From Verrucomicrobiota bacterium (lineage in GTDB: Bacteria; Verrucomicrobiota; Verrucomicrobiia; Verrucomicrobiales; DEV007), in contig JASFYY010000048.1 in assembly GCA_045046875.1 (NCBI GenBank), positions 16,298 through 80,297 on the forward strand: a stretch of DNA of 64,000 nucleotides. The letters run 5' to 3'. Positions within the stretch are counted from its first letter, which is position 1. Each line of letters opens with the position of its first letter. A model generated the notes under the pieces. That model did not search any database and was not told the origin of the DNA. It worked only from the letters and a program-made list of their open reading frames with translations. Below, in pieces: positions 29,018 to 38,565 of this stretch. The translations under genes and the position numbers were made by a program.

Positions 29018-30301
29018 ATGAAAAAAGAAACACTCTGTCTACACGGCGGCCAACAAGCCGACCCCACCACTAACGCCTGCGCTGTCCCAGTCTATCGCAC
29101 CGCTTCTTTTGTTTTCGACTCCACCGAACACGCCGCCGATCTTTTTGCGCTAAGGGAACTCGGCAACATCTACAGCCGCATCATGAACCCTACCAACGAC
29201 GTGCTGGAAAAACGCGTCGCTCTGCTCGAAGGGGCACCCGAACCCGCCGGCCTCGCTGTCGCTTCCGGCACCGCCGCCATTTTTAATACCATTGTCAATC
29301 TCGCTCGCAAAGGAGACAACATCGTCTCTGCGCAGAATCTCTACGGTGGCAGCTACACCCAGTTCAAAGACATCCTGCCCGGCTTCGGCATCGAAACCAA
29401 ATTTGTCGATTCTACCACCCCGCAAAACTTCGCCGATGCCATCGACGAAAATACCCGTGCGCTGTTCTGCGAAACCGTCTCCAACCCGGCGCTCGAAATC
29501 GCCGATCTCGACGCCATCTCTAAAATTGCCCATGACCACGGTCTGCCACTGATCGTCGACAGCACCTTCTCCACCCCATGGCTGACCAACCCAATCGAAC
29601 ACGGCGCCGACATCGTGGTGCACTCCCTGACCAAATGGTTCGGCGGTCACGGCACCGGAATCGGCGGCATCGTCATCGATTCGGCAAAATTCAATTGGGC
29701 CGGCGGCAAACACCCGATGTTTGACGAACCCGACAACTCCTATCACGGCTTACGCTGGGCGCACGACCTGCCCGCGCCACTGGCTCCGCTCGCTTTCATC
29801 CTGCGTCTGCGCACCGGTCCGCTGCGTAATCTTGGCGCCTGCATCAGCCCTGACAACTCATGGATGTTCCTGCAAGGCATCGAAACCCTGCCGCTACGCA
29901 TGGACCGCCATTGCGAAAACTCTCTGGCTGTCGCCAAACACCTCAAAGCCCATGACTCCGTCGAATGGGTTCGTTACCCCGGCCTCGAAGATGATCCCGA
30001 GTTCGAGAAAAACCAAAAATACCTCAAAGGCAAAGGCGGTGGCATGGTGGTATTCGGCATCAAAGGAGGCACTGAAGCAGGCTGTAAATTCATCGAATCG
30101 CTCGGTTTGTTCAAACATCTCGCCAACGTCGGCGATGCCAAATCACTCGCCATTCACCCGGCATCGACCACTCACTCACAGCTCACCGAAGAGCAACAGC
30201 TCGCTGGTGGCATCAATCCCGAAATGATTCGCCTCAGCATTGGTATCGAAAATATCGACGACATCCTCGCCGACATCGACCAGGCCCTGTCCTCGAGTTA
30301 A
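29018..30301 (+). CDS. metY: O-acetylhomoserine aminocarboxypropyltransferase (sulfhydrylase)
   Basis: GNIYSRIMNPT, HSLTKW (PLP lysine), LETLP-like IETLPLRM, HLANVGDAKSLAIHPASTTH. Confidence 0.93.
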   Translation: MKKETLCLHGGQQADPTTNACAVPVYRTASFVFDSTEHAADLFALRELGNIYSRIMNPTNDVLEKRVALLEGAPEPAGLAVASGTAAIFNTIVNLARKGDNIVSAQNLYGGSYTQFKDILPGFGIETKFVDSTTPQNFADAIDENTRALFCETVSNPALEIADLDAISKIAHDHGLPLIVDSTFSTPWLTNPIEHGADIVVHSLTKWFGGHGTGIGGIVIDSAKFNWAGGKHPMFDEPDNSYHGLRWAHDLPAPLAPLAFILRLRTGPLRNLGACISPDNSWMFLQGIETLPLRMDRHCENSLAVAKHLKAHDSVEWVRYPGLEDDPEFEKNQKYLKGKGGGMVVFGIKGGTEAGCKFIESLGLFKHLANVGDAKSLAIHPASTTHSQLTEEQQLAGGINPEMIRLSIGIENIDDILADIDQALSSS

Positions 30302-30321
30302 AGCCCGTCACAACACACGGC

Positions 30322-30356
30322 AAAAAAGGGCGGTCTTTCCTAGACTGCCCTTTTTG
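30322..30356 (+). terminator. Intrinsic terminator after metY
   Basis: AAAAAGGGCGGTCT-loop-AGACTGCCCTTTTT. Confidence 0.8.
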
Positions 30357-30469
30357 TTACCCATCCTCCTCAAAAAATACTTCTTAATTTCGGGTGCATG
30401 AGCGGCTCCCAATTCCCCCACCCACAAACTCCACTTGAGCCACGTCCACAACTGGCTAAACTACCCATC

Positions 30470-31678
30470 ATGAAAGTCTTTCGCCCCACCTCATTTTTCA
30501 CTACTCCCTTGATCGCGCTACTGATACTTGGGAGCCACAGCATCCCCAGGCTCGACGCCGCCCTACCCGCCGATCTGCAAAAATCAATCACCGCCATCAA
30601 CGCCGTCGGCCTCGAAGGCAAAGGCAACGTTCAAGCAGGCCCCGCTTGGAAACTTCTCAGCCAAGCAGACAGCTCCGCCATCCTGCCCCTGCTACAAGCG
30701 ATGAATGGCGCCAGCCCGATGGCGAGTAATTGGTTCCGCTCAGCCCTCGAAGCCATCGTCACTCGTGAGATGAAATCAGGCAAGACCTTGCCACTCAATA
30801 CTATCGGAGATTTTTTACTCAATAACAGCAACAGCCCGCAGGGTCGTCGACTGGCCTATGAACTGATTGCCCAATCCGATCCGGACACCGCCGCTAAACT
30901 GATCCCCGGCATGCTCAATGACCCCTCACCGCAATTGCGACGCGACGCGGTGGAAGGTCTGATCACTCAAGCCGCCGAACTCAAAACAGCAAAAAAAGAC
31001 AGCGCCGCCGGCTTGCTCTACCGACAGGCGCTCAACAATGCACGCGACGCCGATCAAATCAAAAAAATCGCCAGTCAACTCAAATCCCTGGGCAAACAAG
31101 TGGATCTACCCCGTCATTTTGGCTTTCTCACCCACTGGAAAGTGATTGCCCCTTTTGATAACACCGACCGCGAAGGATTCGCCGCGGTGTTCCCACCCGA
31201 AAAAGAAGTCAAGCTCGATGCAAAATACCCCGACAAAGACGGCAAGCAAGTCGGCTGGCAGGATCTCGCAGTGAGCGATGACTACGGCATGCTCGACCTC
31301 AACCAGCCTTTTGGCCTACTGAAAGAAGTCACCGGCTACGCCTACACAGAAATGAAATTCGACAGCGCCCGCCCTGCAGAACTCCGCATCGGTTGTAAAA
31401 ACGCCTGGAAAATCTGGTTCAACGGCGAACTCATTTTTGCCCGTGACGAATACCACCGAGGCATGGAGATCGACCAATACAGCCTGCCTATTCAATTAAA
31501 AAAGGGCAATAACACCCTGCTGCTCAAGCTCTGCCAAAATGAGCAAACCCAAAGCTGGACAGTAGAATGGCAAGCTCAGATCCGCATTTGTGATTCGACC
31601 GGAACCGCCATCCTCGCCAGCGACCGCCTGCCCACCCCGCAAGCGAAAAAAGCCACCCGCCGCCAACTGAAAAAATAA
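30470..31678 (+). CDS. Exported protein, HEAT-like helical N-part plus beta-sandwich C-domain
   Basis: Signal peptide; WKVIAPFDN...KIWFNGE...LKKGNNTLLLKLCQ; start set at ATG 30470. Confidence 0.75.
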   Translation: MKVFRPTSFFTTPLIALLILGSHSIPRLDAALPADLQKSITAINAVGLEGKGNVQAGPAWKLLSQADSSAILPLLQAMNGASPMASNWFRSALEAIVTREMKSGKTLPLNTIGDFLLNNSNSPQGRRLAYELIAQSDPDTAAKLIPGMLNDPSPQLRRDAVEGLITQAAELKTAKKDSAAGLLYRQALNNARDADQIKKIASQLKSLGKQVDLPRHFGFLTHWKVIAPFDNTDREGFAAVFPPEKEVKLDAKYPDKDGKQVGWQDLAVSDDYGMLDLNQPFGLLKEVTGYAYTEMKFDSARPAELRIGCKNAWKIWFNGELIFARDEYHRGMEIDQYSLPIQLKKGNNTLLLKLCQNEQTQSWTVEWQAQIRICDSTGTAILASDRLPTPQAKKATRRQLKK

Positions 31679-31733
31679 CCTACCTCCGCAGCCAACCCAT
31701 TCTTCGCCAAGCCCTTCACCCGTCTACACGATC

Positions 31734-32945
31734 ATGAAAAGCCTTTTCCCTCTCACCGCCCTCTGCGCCACCCTATTCACCGCCACCCCGTCCGCCCAAG
31801 CCGACTGGCTGCAATTCCGCGGCCCCAACGGCAACGGCTACATCGAAGGAGCCCAGCCACCGACCCAACTGAGTCAGAAAAGCATCGCCTGGAGCGCCGA
31901 ACTTCCCGGACGCGGACTGGCCAGCCCGATCGTCGTCGGTGACAATGTCATCGTCACCTGCGCCAGCGGGCCGAATCAGAAACAACTTCACATTTACAGC
32001 TTCGATAACAAAAGCGGAGCCCTACGCTGGCACCGCCAGTTCCGCGCGACCGGACGCACCATGACCCAGTCCAAAACCTGCGTCGCTGCGCCCAGCCCGG
32101 CCAGTGACGGCAAACACATCTACGCTCTGTTTTCCTCCAACGACCTCTACTGCTTCAGTCTCGACGGCGATTTGGTCTGGATGCGCAGCCTCACCCTCGA
32201 CTACCCCAACGCCTCCAATTCCCTCGGCCTCGCTTCGTCCCCCATCATTGCCGGGGATCGGCTGATCGTGCAAATTGAAAACGACAGCGACTCCTTTGCC
32301 GCCGGTCTCAACCTCAAAACCGGGATCAATGAATGGAAGATCGCCCGGCCCAAAGCCGCCAACTGGACCAGCCCGGTCGCCCTGAAATCCGAGCAACAAA
32401 TCGTCGTCGCCCTACAATCTTCCAAAGGTGTGTTAGGCGTGTTGCCCGCCACTGGCAGTGAAGTGTGGAACTTCAGCAAAGGCGCATCAACCATCCCTTC
32501 GGCAGCAGCAGCCGGAGACCAACTCTACATCCCCTCCAACGGTATCACCGCCATCCAAAGCTCCAAGCTCACCGGCGAAGATCCCAAAAAACTCTGGAAC
32601 GAAAGTCAACAACGCCCCGGCACCGCATCACCTCTGATCCTCGGCGATAAAATCCTCGTGATCAACGGAGCTGGTGTGCTCACCTGCGCCGACCGCAACA
32701 GCGGCGAGCGTTTGTGGCGCTTACGACTCAAAGGACCTTTTTCAGGGTCTCCCGTAAGTTCTGGCAACAACTTATTTATCTTCAACGAACAAGGAGTTGG
32801 CCAATGTGTTGAAATTGGAGCCAAGGAAGGCAAGGTCATCAGCGAAGTTGATTTGAAAGAAACCATCCTCGGCACCGCCGCCCTGTCCGGCTCCGCCATC
32901 TACGTGCGCAGTGACGGCCACCTGTGGAAACTCGCCCAGCCTTGA
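31734..32945 (+). CDS. PQQ-binding-like beta-propeller repeat protein
   Basis: ADWLQFRGPNG, LPGRGLASP, repeated SP/W units, IYVRSDGHLW. Confidence 0.87.
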   Translation: MKSLFPLTALCATLFTATPSAQADWLQFRGPNGNGYIEGAQPPTQLSQKSIAWSAELPGRGLASPIVVGDNVIVTCASGPNQKQLHIYSFDNKSGALRWHRQFRATGRTMTQSKTCVAAPSPASDGKHIYALFSSNDLYCFSLDGDLVWMRSLTLDYPNASNSLGLASSPIIAGDRLIVQIENDSDSFAAGLNLKTGINEWKIARPKAANWTSPVALKSEQQIVVALQSSKGVLGVLPATGSEVWNFSKGASTIPSAAAAGDQLYIPSNGITAIQSSKLTGEDPKKLWNESQQRPGTASPLILGDKILVINGAGVLTCADRNSGERLWRLRLKGPFSGSPVSSGNNLFIFNEQGVGQCVEIGAKEGKVISEVDLKETILGTAALSGSAIYVRSDGHLWKLAQP

Positions 32946-33017
32946 TTTTATTAAAAAATCCCCTCGTAAAGCAGATTTCCATACCTGCTTTCATAATCGC
33001 TGAATCCCCCCCTCCTA

Positions 33018-33050
33018 ATTCGCATTCATTACCGTGCATTCGCGGTTCTC
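33018..33050 (+). repeat. Degenerate copy of dispersed repeat family A
   Basis: attcgcattcattaccgtgcattcgcggttctc. Confidence 0.5.
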
Positions 33051-33101
33051 TCACTCTCTTCACTTGCAAAAAGCCCTTATTGCGATTAAACAAGCGGCGT
33101 T

Positions 33102-34136
33102 ATGCCAATCGCAACACCAAAACAATTCGCCGCAATGCTGGACTCTGCGCAGGAGGGCAACTACGCCTACCCTGCCATCAATTGCTCCAGCATTCCTACA
33201 CTCAACGCCGCATTCAAAGCTTTTGTTGATCAAAAGTCCGACGGTATCATCCAGTTCTCTACCGGAGCAGGTCAGTTCGCTTCCGGCTTGAACCACAAAA
33301 ACGCCACGCTGGGAACCATCGTGCTGGCCGAAGCCGCCCACCGTCTAGCCGAGCAATACGACGTATTGGTCGCACTGAACACCGACCACTGCCAACCGCA
33401 CGTCGCACCTGACTTCCTCGATCCACTGATCGAAGCCACCGCCGCCCGTCGCGCCCGTGGTGAAAACAACTTGTTCCAAAACCACATGCTCGACGCTTCG
33501 GGACTGCCACTGGACGAAAACATGGCGATCTCGAAAGAATACCTCGCCAAGTGTGTCGAAAACGAAATCATCCTTGAAGTGGAAGCCGGTGTGGTTGGCG
33601 GAGAAGAAGACGGTGCTGCCGGCACCGAAGACACTCCTGCGGAAAAGCTCTACACCACCACCGAGGACATGATCGCGGTGCACGAAGCCCTGGCACCCAT
33701 CGGCCGTTACACCTTTGCTGCTACATTTGGCAACGTTCACGGCATCTACAAACCCGGCTCGGTCAAACTCGATCCAAGCATCCTGAAAAAAGGCCAAGAC
33801 GCAGTGATCGCCAAATACGGCGAAGAAGCCGCTTTTGACCTCGTATTCCACGGTGGATCAGGATCTACTCTGGAGGATATCCGCGAGACCCTTGGTTATG
33901 GCGTGATCAAAATGAATGTCGATACCGACACTCAATACTGGTTCACCCGCCCCATCGCCAGCCACATGATGCAGAACTGCGAAGGCGTCTTCATGATCGA
34001 CGGCGAAGTTGGTAACAAAAAAGTTTACGATCCACGCAGCTACCTCAAAAAAGGCGAAGAAAACATGGCGACCCGTATCGCCCAAGCCTGTGACGATCTG
34101 CTCTCAAGTGGAAAATCAATCTACGGCGACGTATAA
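33102..34136 (+). CDS. fbaA: Fructose-bisphosphate aldolase class II
   Basis: YAYPAIN, TDHC, GVVGGEEDG, FGNVHG, VFHGGSGS, KMNVDTD, YDPRSYL. Confidence 0.95.
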   Translation: MPIATPKQFAAMLDSAQEGNYAYPAINCSSIPTLNAAFKAFVDQKSDGIIQFSTGAGQFASGLNHKNATLGTIVLAEAAHRLAEQYDVLVALNTDHCQPHVAPDFLDPLIEATAARRARGENNLFQNHMLDASGLPLDENMAISKEYLAKCVENEIILEVEAGVVGGEEDGAAGTEDTPAEKLYTTTEDMIAVHEALAPIGRYTFAATFGNVHGIYKPGSVKLDPSILKKGQDAVIAKYGEEAAFDLVFHGGSGSTLEDIRETLGYGVIKMNVDTDTQYWFTRPIASHMMQNCEGVFMIDGEVGNKKVYDPRSYLKKGEENMATRIAQACDDLLSSGKSIYGDV

Positions 34137-34166
34137 ATCCCGCCTAGGCAGATTTAAAAATCTAGG

Positions 34167-34194
34167 AAAGCCCGGTTCATACCGGGCTTTTTTT
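34167..34194 (+). terminator. Intrinsic terminator after fbaA
   Basis: AAAGCCCGGT-TCAT-ACCGGGCTTT followed by TTTT. Confidence 0.85.
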
Positions 34195-34246
34195 ATGCTC
34201 ATGAATACCAAACTCCCCTAGCCATATTTTACAGTTTTTATAAAAT

Positions 34247-34288
34247 TAATGATTATTACTAGTAATATTGTCATTATCAGCGTATAAT
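34247..34288 (+). promoter_or_regulatory. Palindromic operator candidate and TATAAT box upstream of the OMP gene
   Basis: Perfect TATTACTAGTAATA (34254-34267) flanked by TAATGA/TCATTA; TATAAT at 34283-34288. Confidence 0.45.
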
Positions 34289-34314
34289 CTGCCTGTTTAC
34301 CTATTTAATCTATT

Positions 34315-34857
34315 ATGAAAACCAAAACCACATTAGCAAGTCTGGCCATTGCCCTGCTGTTCACTGGGGTCTCCCACGCAGGGCCTCCGGTACAATACAA
34401 CAACGCACCGGCCTCATCGGCCGAGCTGTTCAGCCCTGGATTCAGTGCTAGCGCCTTCGCAGCCTACCTGAAACCCGACGGCAACTTAGCAGAAGATACT
34501 TGGGGTGGAGGTATTGGCGGTGAATACTTCTTCACTTCTATGCTCGGACTTGCAGCATCTGGAACTTGGGTGGATCCCGGCACCGACGAAATCTGGCACA
34601 ACTACGTGACCGATGTTGTTTTCCGCATTCCTTTTGAATCGTTACACATTGCTCCTTACGCCCTCGCGGGCATCGGGGTGATCATAGAAGATGATACATC
34701 CATTCTGGGTCGTGCAGGTGCAGGAATCGACATGCGCTTCACTCCAGCATTCGGCATCTTCTCCGACTGGATCTACACATTCCCTAGTGGTGGTGGCAGA
34801 AAAGCCAACACCGAAGACTACCAGTTCATTCGCATCGGAGCTAAAATCAACTTCTAA
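34315..34857 (+). CDS. Small outer-membrane beta-barrel protein
   Basis: Signal peptide, amphipathic strands (GGGIGGEYFF, APYALAGIG), C-terminal Phe. Confidence 0.8.
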   Translation: MKTKTTLASLAIALLFTGVSHAGPPVQYNNAPASSAELFSPGFSASAFAAYLKPDGNLAEDTWGGGIGGEYFFTSMLGLAASGTWVDPGTDEIWHNYVTDVVFRIPFESLHIAPYALAGIGVIIEDDTSILGRAGAGIDMRFTPAFGIFSDWIYTFPSGGGRKANTEDYQFIRIGAKINF

Positions 34858-34878
34858 GCTGCGAAGCAAAAACTTCAC

Positions 34879-34912
34879 AAAATCCCGGTGTTTGCACACC
34901 GGGATTTTTTTT
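34879..34912. terminator. Bidirectional intrinsic terminator
   Basis: AAAATCCCGGTG-loop-CACCGGGATTTTTTTT between convergent genes. Confidence 0.85.
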
Positions 34913-34930
34913 GCCTAAATTTCCCACACT

Positions 34931-35512
34931 TCAATATTCCACTCGCGGTTTCCACCCATCGACGCCGTCTTTCAGCCTGCCAATGAAATGCCACAGCGGT
35001 GAAAACAAATCAAAAGGCCCGAAGGACTCGGTAGAAATGTGCTCGATTCCCCCGCTCTCGTTCAGATGAAAAGTCGACATCCCCGGCCACGGCTCCCCTG
35101 TTCCATTGGGATCCATGCCCATCGCAGCAAAAAAACCCGAGTCGGCGTTGGCTGCCACTGGAAATTTCCACTCACGCTCGCGGCAGGTTTTTGCCAAGGT
35201 CTCCATATCATCAGCTGAAATCAAAACCAAACCTGCGCGATCACGCATATGGGCCTGCACCCCGTTGATGCCATCCGCCCATACCGTGCAATAGGGACAC
35301 CCAATCCCCATGTTGTAGATCACGATCAAATCACGCTTGCCCTCAAAACACTCGCTGAGCTTGATAGTCCCCTCACTCTGTTGCAGCACAAAGTCATCAA
35401 CTGGAACGGGTTTCGACGCCCTGCTTACCTTTGCCAAATTTTGAGTAAGAGCCTCATGTTCGATGTAACGTTTTTCAGCATCTTGCTGATTGTTAGATAA
35501 TTCTGCAGACAT
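34931..35512 (-). CDS. DUF899-family thioredoxin-like protein
   Basis: LSECFEGKRDLIV, CPYC motif, PGMSTF. Confidence 0.75.
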   Translation of the reverse strand: MSAELSNNQQDAEKRYIEHEALTQNLAKVSRASKPVPVDDFVLQQSEGTIKLSECFEGKRDLIVIYNMGIGCPYCTVWADGINGVQAHMRDRAGLVLISADDMETLAKTCREREWKFPVAANADSGFFAAMGMDPNGTGEPWPGMSTFHLNESGGIEHISTESFGPFDLFSPLWHFIGRLKDGVDGWKPRVEY

Positions 35513-35640
35513 AAACCAAGGCTAGTTTTTTAAACTGTGGCTTAAAAGCTAAAATTTATAATTTTCCTGCAACAAAAATCTCGATTCCCGCGTTATTTCC
35601 CTTAAAGTCCTCTACACCCCTCGTTCCCCGAACCATTCAC

Positions 35641-37695
35641 ATGCTCACCCATTTTCGCAGTAAAGAGATCAGCTGGCTTTCCTTTAATGAGCGTGTTCTA
35701 CAAGAAGCCGCCAATCTTGAAGTCCCGCTGCTCGAACGAGTCAAATTCCTCGGCATCTACTCATCCAACCTTGATGAGTTTTTCCGTGTTCGTGTCGCCA
35801 CCTTAAAACGACTGGCGACCTTAGGTGATCGTTATCAGGAGCTCAACATCCCCAATCCGATTGAAACGCTCAAGCAGATCAATACCATCGTCGCCCGGGA
35901 GAACCAGTCTTTCAACCGGGCTTACACCCAGGTAATGAAAGATCTGGCGGAGCAGCATATCCAGGTAATTGACAACCGAAGCGTGCCCTCCCAACACCAG
36001 GCATGGTTGCAAGCCTACTTCCAAGACAATGTGGCTCCGCGCCTGATGCCCATCATGCTAAAAACGAGCGCCAAATTGCCGCAGCTCAAGGATAATCCGA
36101 TGTATCTAGCCGTACGGCTCGACAAAAAAAACGGTACCGGTCGCCCCTCCCATTCCATTATCGAGATCCCCGGTGATTTGCCCCGTTTTGTCGTTTTGCC
36201 CAAGTCCGGCAAATCCACCCTCATCATGTATCTCGATGACATCATTCGTTACGGATTGTCAGACATTTTCCTCCACCTGCCCTACGATCATTTTGAGTCC
36301 TACGCGATCAAGTTCACCCGTGACTCCGAACTCGAATTTGATGACGACTTCACCGATTCCGTTTATGACAAAGTCGCCGAAGGTTTGCTAGCCCGCGAGG
36401 GAGGCTTCCCAGTACGAGCCAATTATGACTCCTCCATTCCTCCACAGTTCCTGCGCCTATTGACTAAAAAGCTCAACCTCGCCGGATCGGACAACCTTTA
36501 TCCAGGCGCGCGCTACCACAACCGCAAGGACTTGATCGACTTCCCCCAACTGGGCCGCAGTGACCTGCTCTATGCGCCACAAGCGAAAGCAGTGCCAAAG
36601 GGACTCAAACGCATCGTCAAAGAAGGTTTTTTTTCCGCACTGAAAAAAAAGGATCTGTTATTACACATCCCCTATCACAGTTTCCTCACCTTTATCGACT
36701 TCCTGCGCGAAGCCTCGATGGATCCCTTGGTTCAAAGCATCCAGGTCACCCAATACCGCCTGGCCAAAAATTCCTTTGTGGCCCGTGCACTGATGGCCGC
36801 CGCCCATAACGGCAAGGATGTCACTATTTTGGTTGAACCCCAAGCACGTTTTGACGAAGGCGCCAACATCGCCTGGGCTAATGAATACCAACGCAATGGC
36901 GTGCGCGTGATCCTCGGCGTACCCGGGTTGAAAGTTCATTCAAAACTCTGCCTCATCAGCCGCCGCGAACACGGCACCCTTCGCCGCTACACGGCTCTAG
37001 GAACCGGCAACTTCAACGAGTTGAGCGCCAAGGTATTTTCCGACCATCTATTACTTACCGCGAACCGGGAAATCGGTGATGACGCCAGCGCCATCTTTGA
37101 GTTTTTTGAACGCACTTACAAAGCACCCAAGCTCAAACAACTGATTGCTGCTCCTTTTCATCTGCGTGACTTCATCAGAAAACGCATTCAGACTGAAATC
37201 AAAAACGCCGAACAAGGGATCCCGGCAGGTATCTCGATCAAAGTCAACAACCTGTCGGATCTGGAAACCATCAACCTGCTCTATGATGCCGCCAATGCAG
37301 GGGTCAAAGTGCGCTTGATCGTGCGCGGTATGTTCTCGATGATCACCGGCCCCGACAGCCCCGCTCCCAGTATCGAAGCGATCGGCATCGTCGATAAATA
37401 CCTCGAACATTCCCGCATGTTTATCTTCCAGAATGGTGACACCCCCTTGATCTATCTATCTTCCGCCGACTTTCTCCCACGTAATTTTGACGGCCGGATC
37501 GAAACCATCTTCCCCATCCTCGATAACAAGTTAAAAAAACAGCTCATCGACTTTTTCGAACTCCAATGGAGCGACAATGTCAAAGCCCGCATCCTCAACA
37601 AAACCCTTTCCAACCGTTTCCGCAAAGCCAAAGAAGGCGAAGAAGAAGTGCGCTCACAATTTGCCTTGGAAAGTCAATTCCGCTCGCTAAGCTGA
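35641..37695 (+). CDS. ppk1: Polyphosphate kinase 1
   Basis: ISWLSFNERVL, SSNLDEFFRVRVA, ARFDE, LKVHSK, GTGNFNE, YLEHSR, SSAD. Confidence 0.95.
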   Translation: MLTHFRSKEISWLSFNERVLQEAANLEVPLLERVKFLGIYSSNLDEFFRVRVATLKRLATLGDRYQELNIPNPIETLKQINTIVARENQSFNRAYTQVMKDLAEQHIQVIDNRSVPSQHQAWLQAYFQDNVAPRLMPIMLKTSAKLPQLKDNPMYLAVRLDKKNGTGRPSHSIIEIPGDLPRFVVLPKSGKSTLIMYLDDIIRYGLSDIFLHLPYDHFESYAIKFTRDSELEFDDDFTDSVYDKVAEGLLAREGGFPVRANYDSSIPPQFLRLLTKKLNLAGSDNLYPGARYHNRKDLIDFPQLGRSDLLYAPQAKAVPKGLKRIVKEGFFSALKKKDLLLHIPYHSFLTFIDFLREASMDPLVQSIQVTQYRLAKNSFVARALMAAAHNGKDVTILVEPQARFDEGANIAWANEYQRNGVRVILGVPGLKVHSKLCLISRREHGTLRRYTALGTGNFNELSAKVFSDHLLLTANREIGDDASAIFEFFERTYKAPKLKQLIAAPFHLRDFIRKRIQTEIKNAEQGIPAGISIKVNNLSDLETINLLYDAANAGVKVRLIVRGMFSMITGPDSPAPSIEAIGIVDKYLEHSRMFIFQNGDTPLIYLSSADFLPRNFDGRIETIFPILDNKLKKQLIDFFELQWSDNVKARILNKTLSNRFRKAKEGEEEVRSQFALESQFRSLS

Positions 37696-37775
37696 AGCAT
37701 AAAGCTCCTCTATACCCCGGCATTTCTAACCCTTTTCTAACAATTTCTAGATTCCCCTGCTCTCGCAAACACTCA

Positions 37776-38460
37776 TCATCCGCCCCTTAGCACATCCACT
37801 TTCAGGTCACGCAATACGCGCAGATCTCCCCACTGCGCTCCACGCAGTTTACTTCCCCCATCTTTCCTCACTCCAAACTGATCTCTCTTGCTCTCAAAAA
37901 AGTCATCCACATAACGTTGACTCCCTAAAACCGACCCATCGGTAAATTACCTGACTCGGCATCGCAAAACCTCCGCCACCGGCAGCCTCCCTCCCGACTC
38001 CAACACCTCCTTGATTTCTGTTCGACTGAATCCTCCCTTTCCCCCGTTGTAACCATCCACTGTCTGATCAGCCGTCAGCTCTTCACCTTTGGAATACAGC
38101 AAACAACGATACTCCTGCGCCACCCTTTCCCACGCCACGCGGCTGCGCCCCGTCACCGCATAACACAGCCCCTGACGCGCCCCTCGCACTCCGGCCACGG
38201 CTGCCGCATAACGAGCCACCAACGATAACCCTCCGGCTCCTGCGCCAACCCCGCCCGAATCGGATTCAAATCAATGTAAGCCGCCACCATGCGCAACGCA
38301 TCGCTGCTTTCACCTCGCTCGCAATCCGGACCTCCTGACCACCGAAGCCTCTTGTTCGCCGTAGCTTTAGCGAAGGAGAATGGCGAAGGAGGTTGCAAAA
38401 AAGCTCGGGGTTCCCATAACCCTTGCCATCCACCTTGATCTTTGCCGCGTGCGAGTCGTC
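37776..38460 (-). pseudogene. Decayed REP-associated (Y1) tyrosine transposase
   Basis: Fragments KIKVDGKGY / AYIDLNPIRAG..YRW / frameshift near 38220 / LRCRVR*FTDGSVLGS with in-frame TAA at 37947-37949; HUH region missing. Confidence 0.8.
38333..38392. repeat. Nested REP-like element (family B inside family B)
   Basis: Outer tcctgaccaccgaagcct|tggcgaaggagg split by the 30-bp cttgttcgccgtagctttagcgaaggagaa. Confidence 0.7.
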
Positions 38461-38565
38461 ACCCGCAACCAATAGCAAACCCCTATCACCAACAACCGTC
38501 TACCATTCATCATTCCCGTCATTAATTTAACTTCTAAATCCTGACTCCGCCTCCTTTATTCCCCG

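Noticed and set aside
37947..37949. Programmed stop readthrough or recoding in the Y1 remnant
   Set aside because: The accompanying frameshift and loss of the catalytic region indicate simple decay
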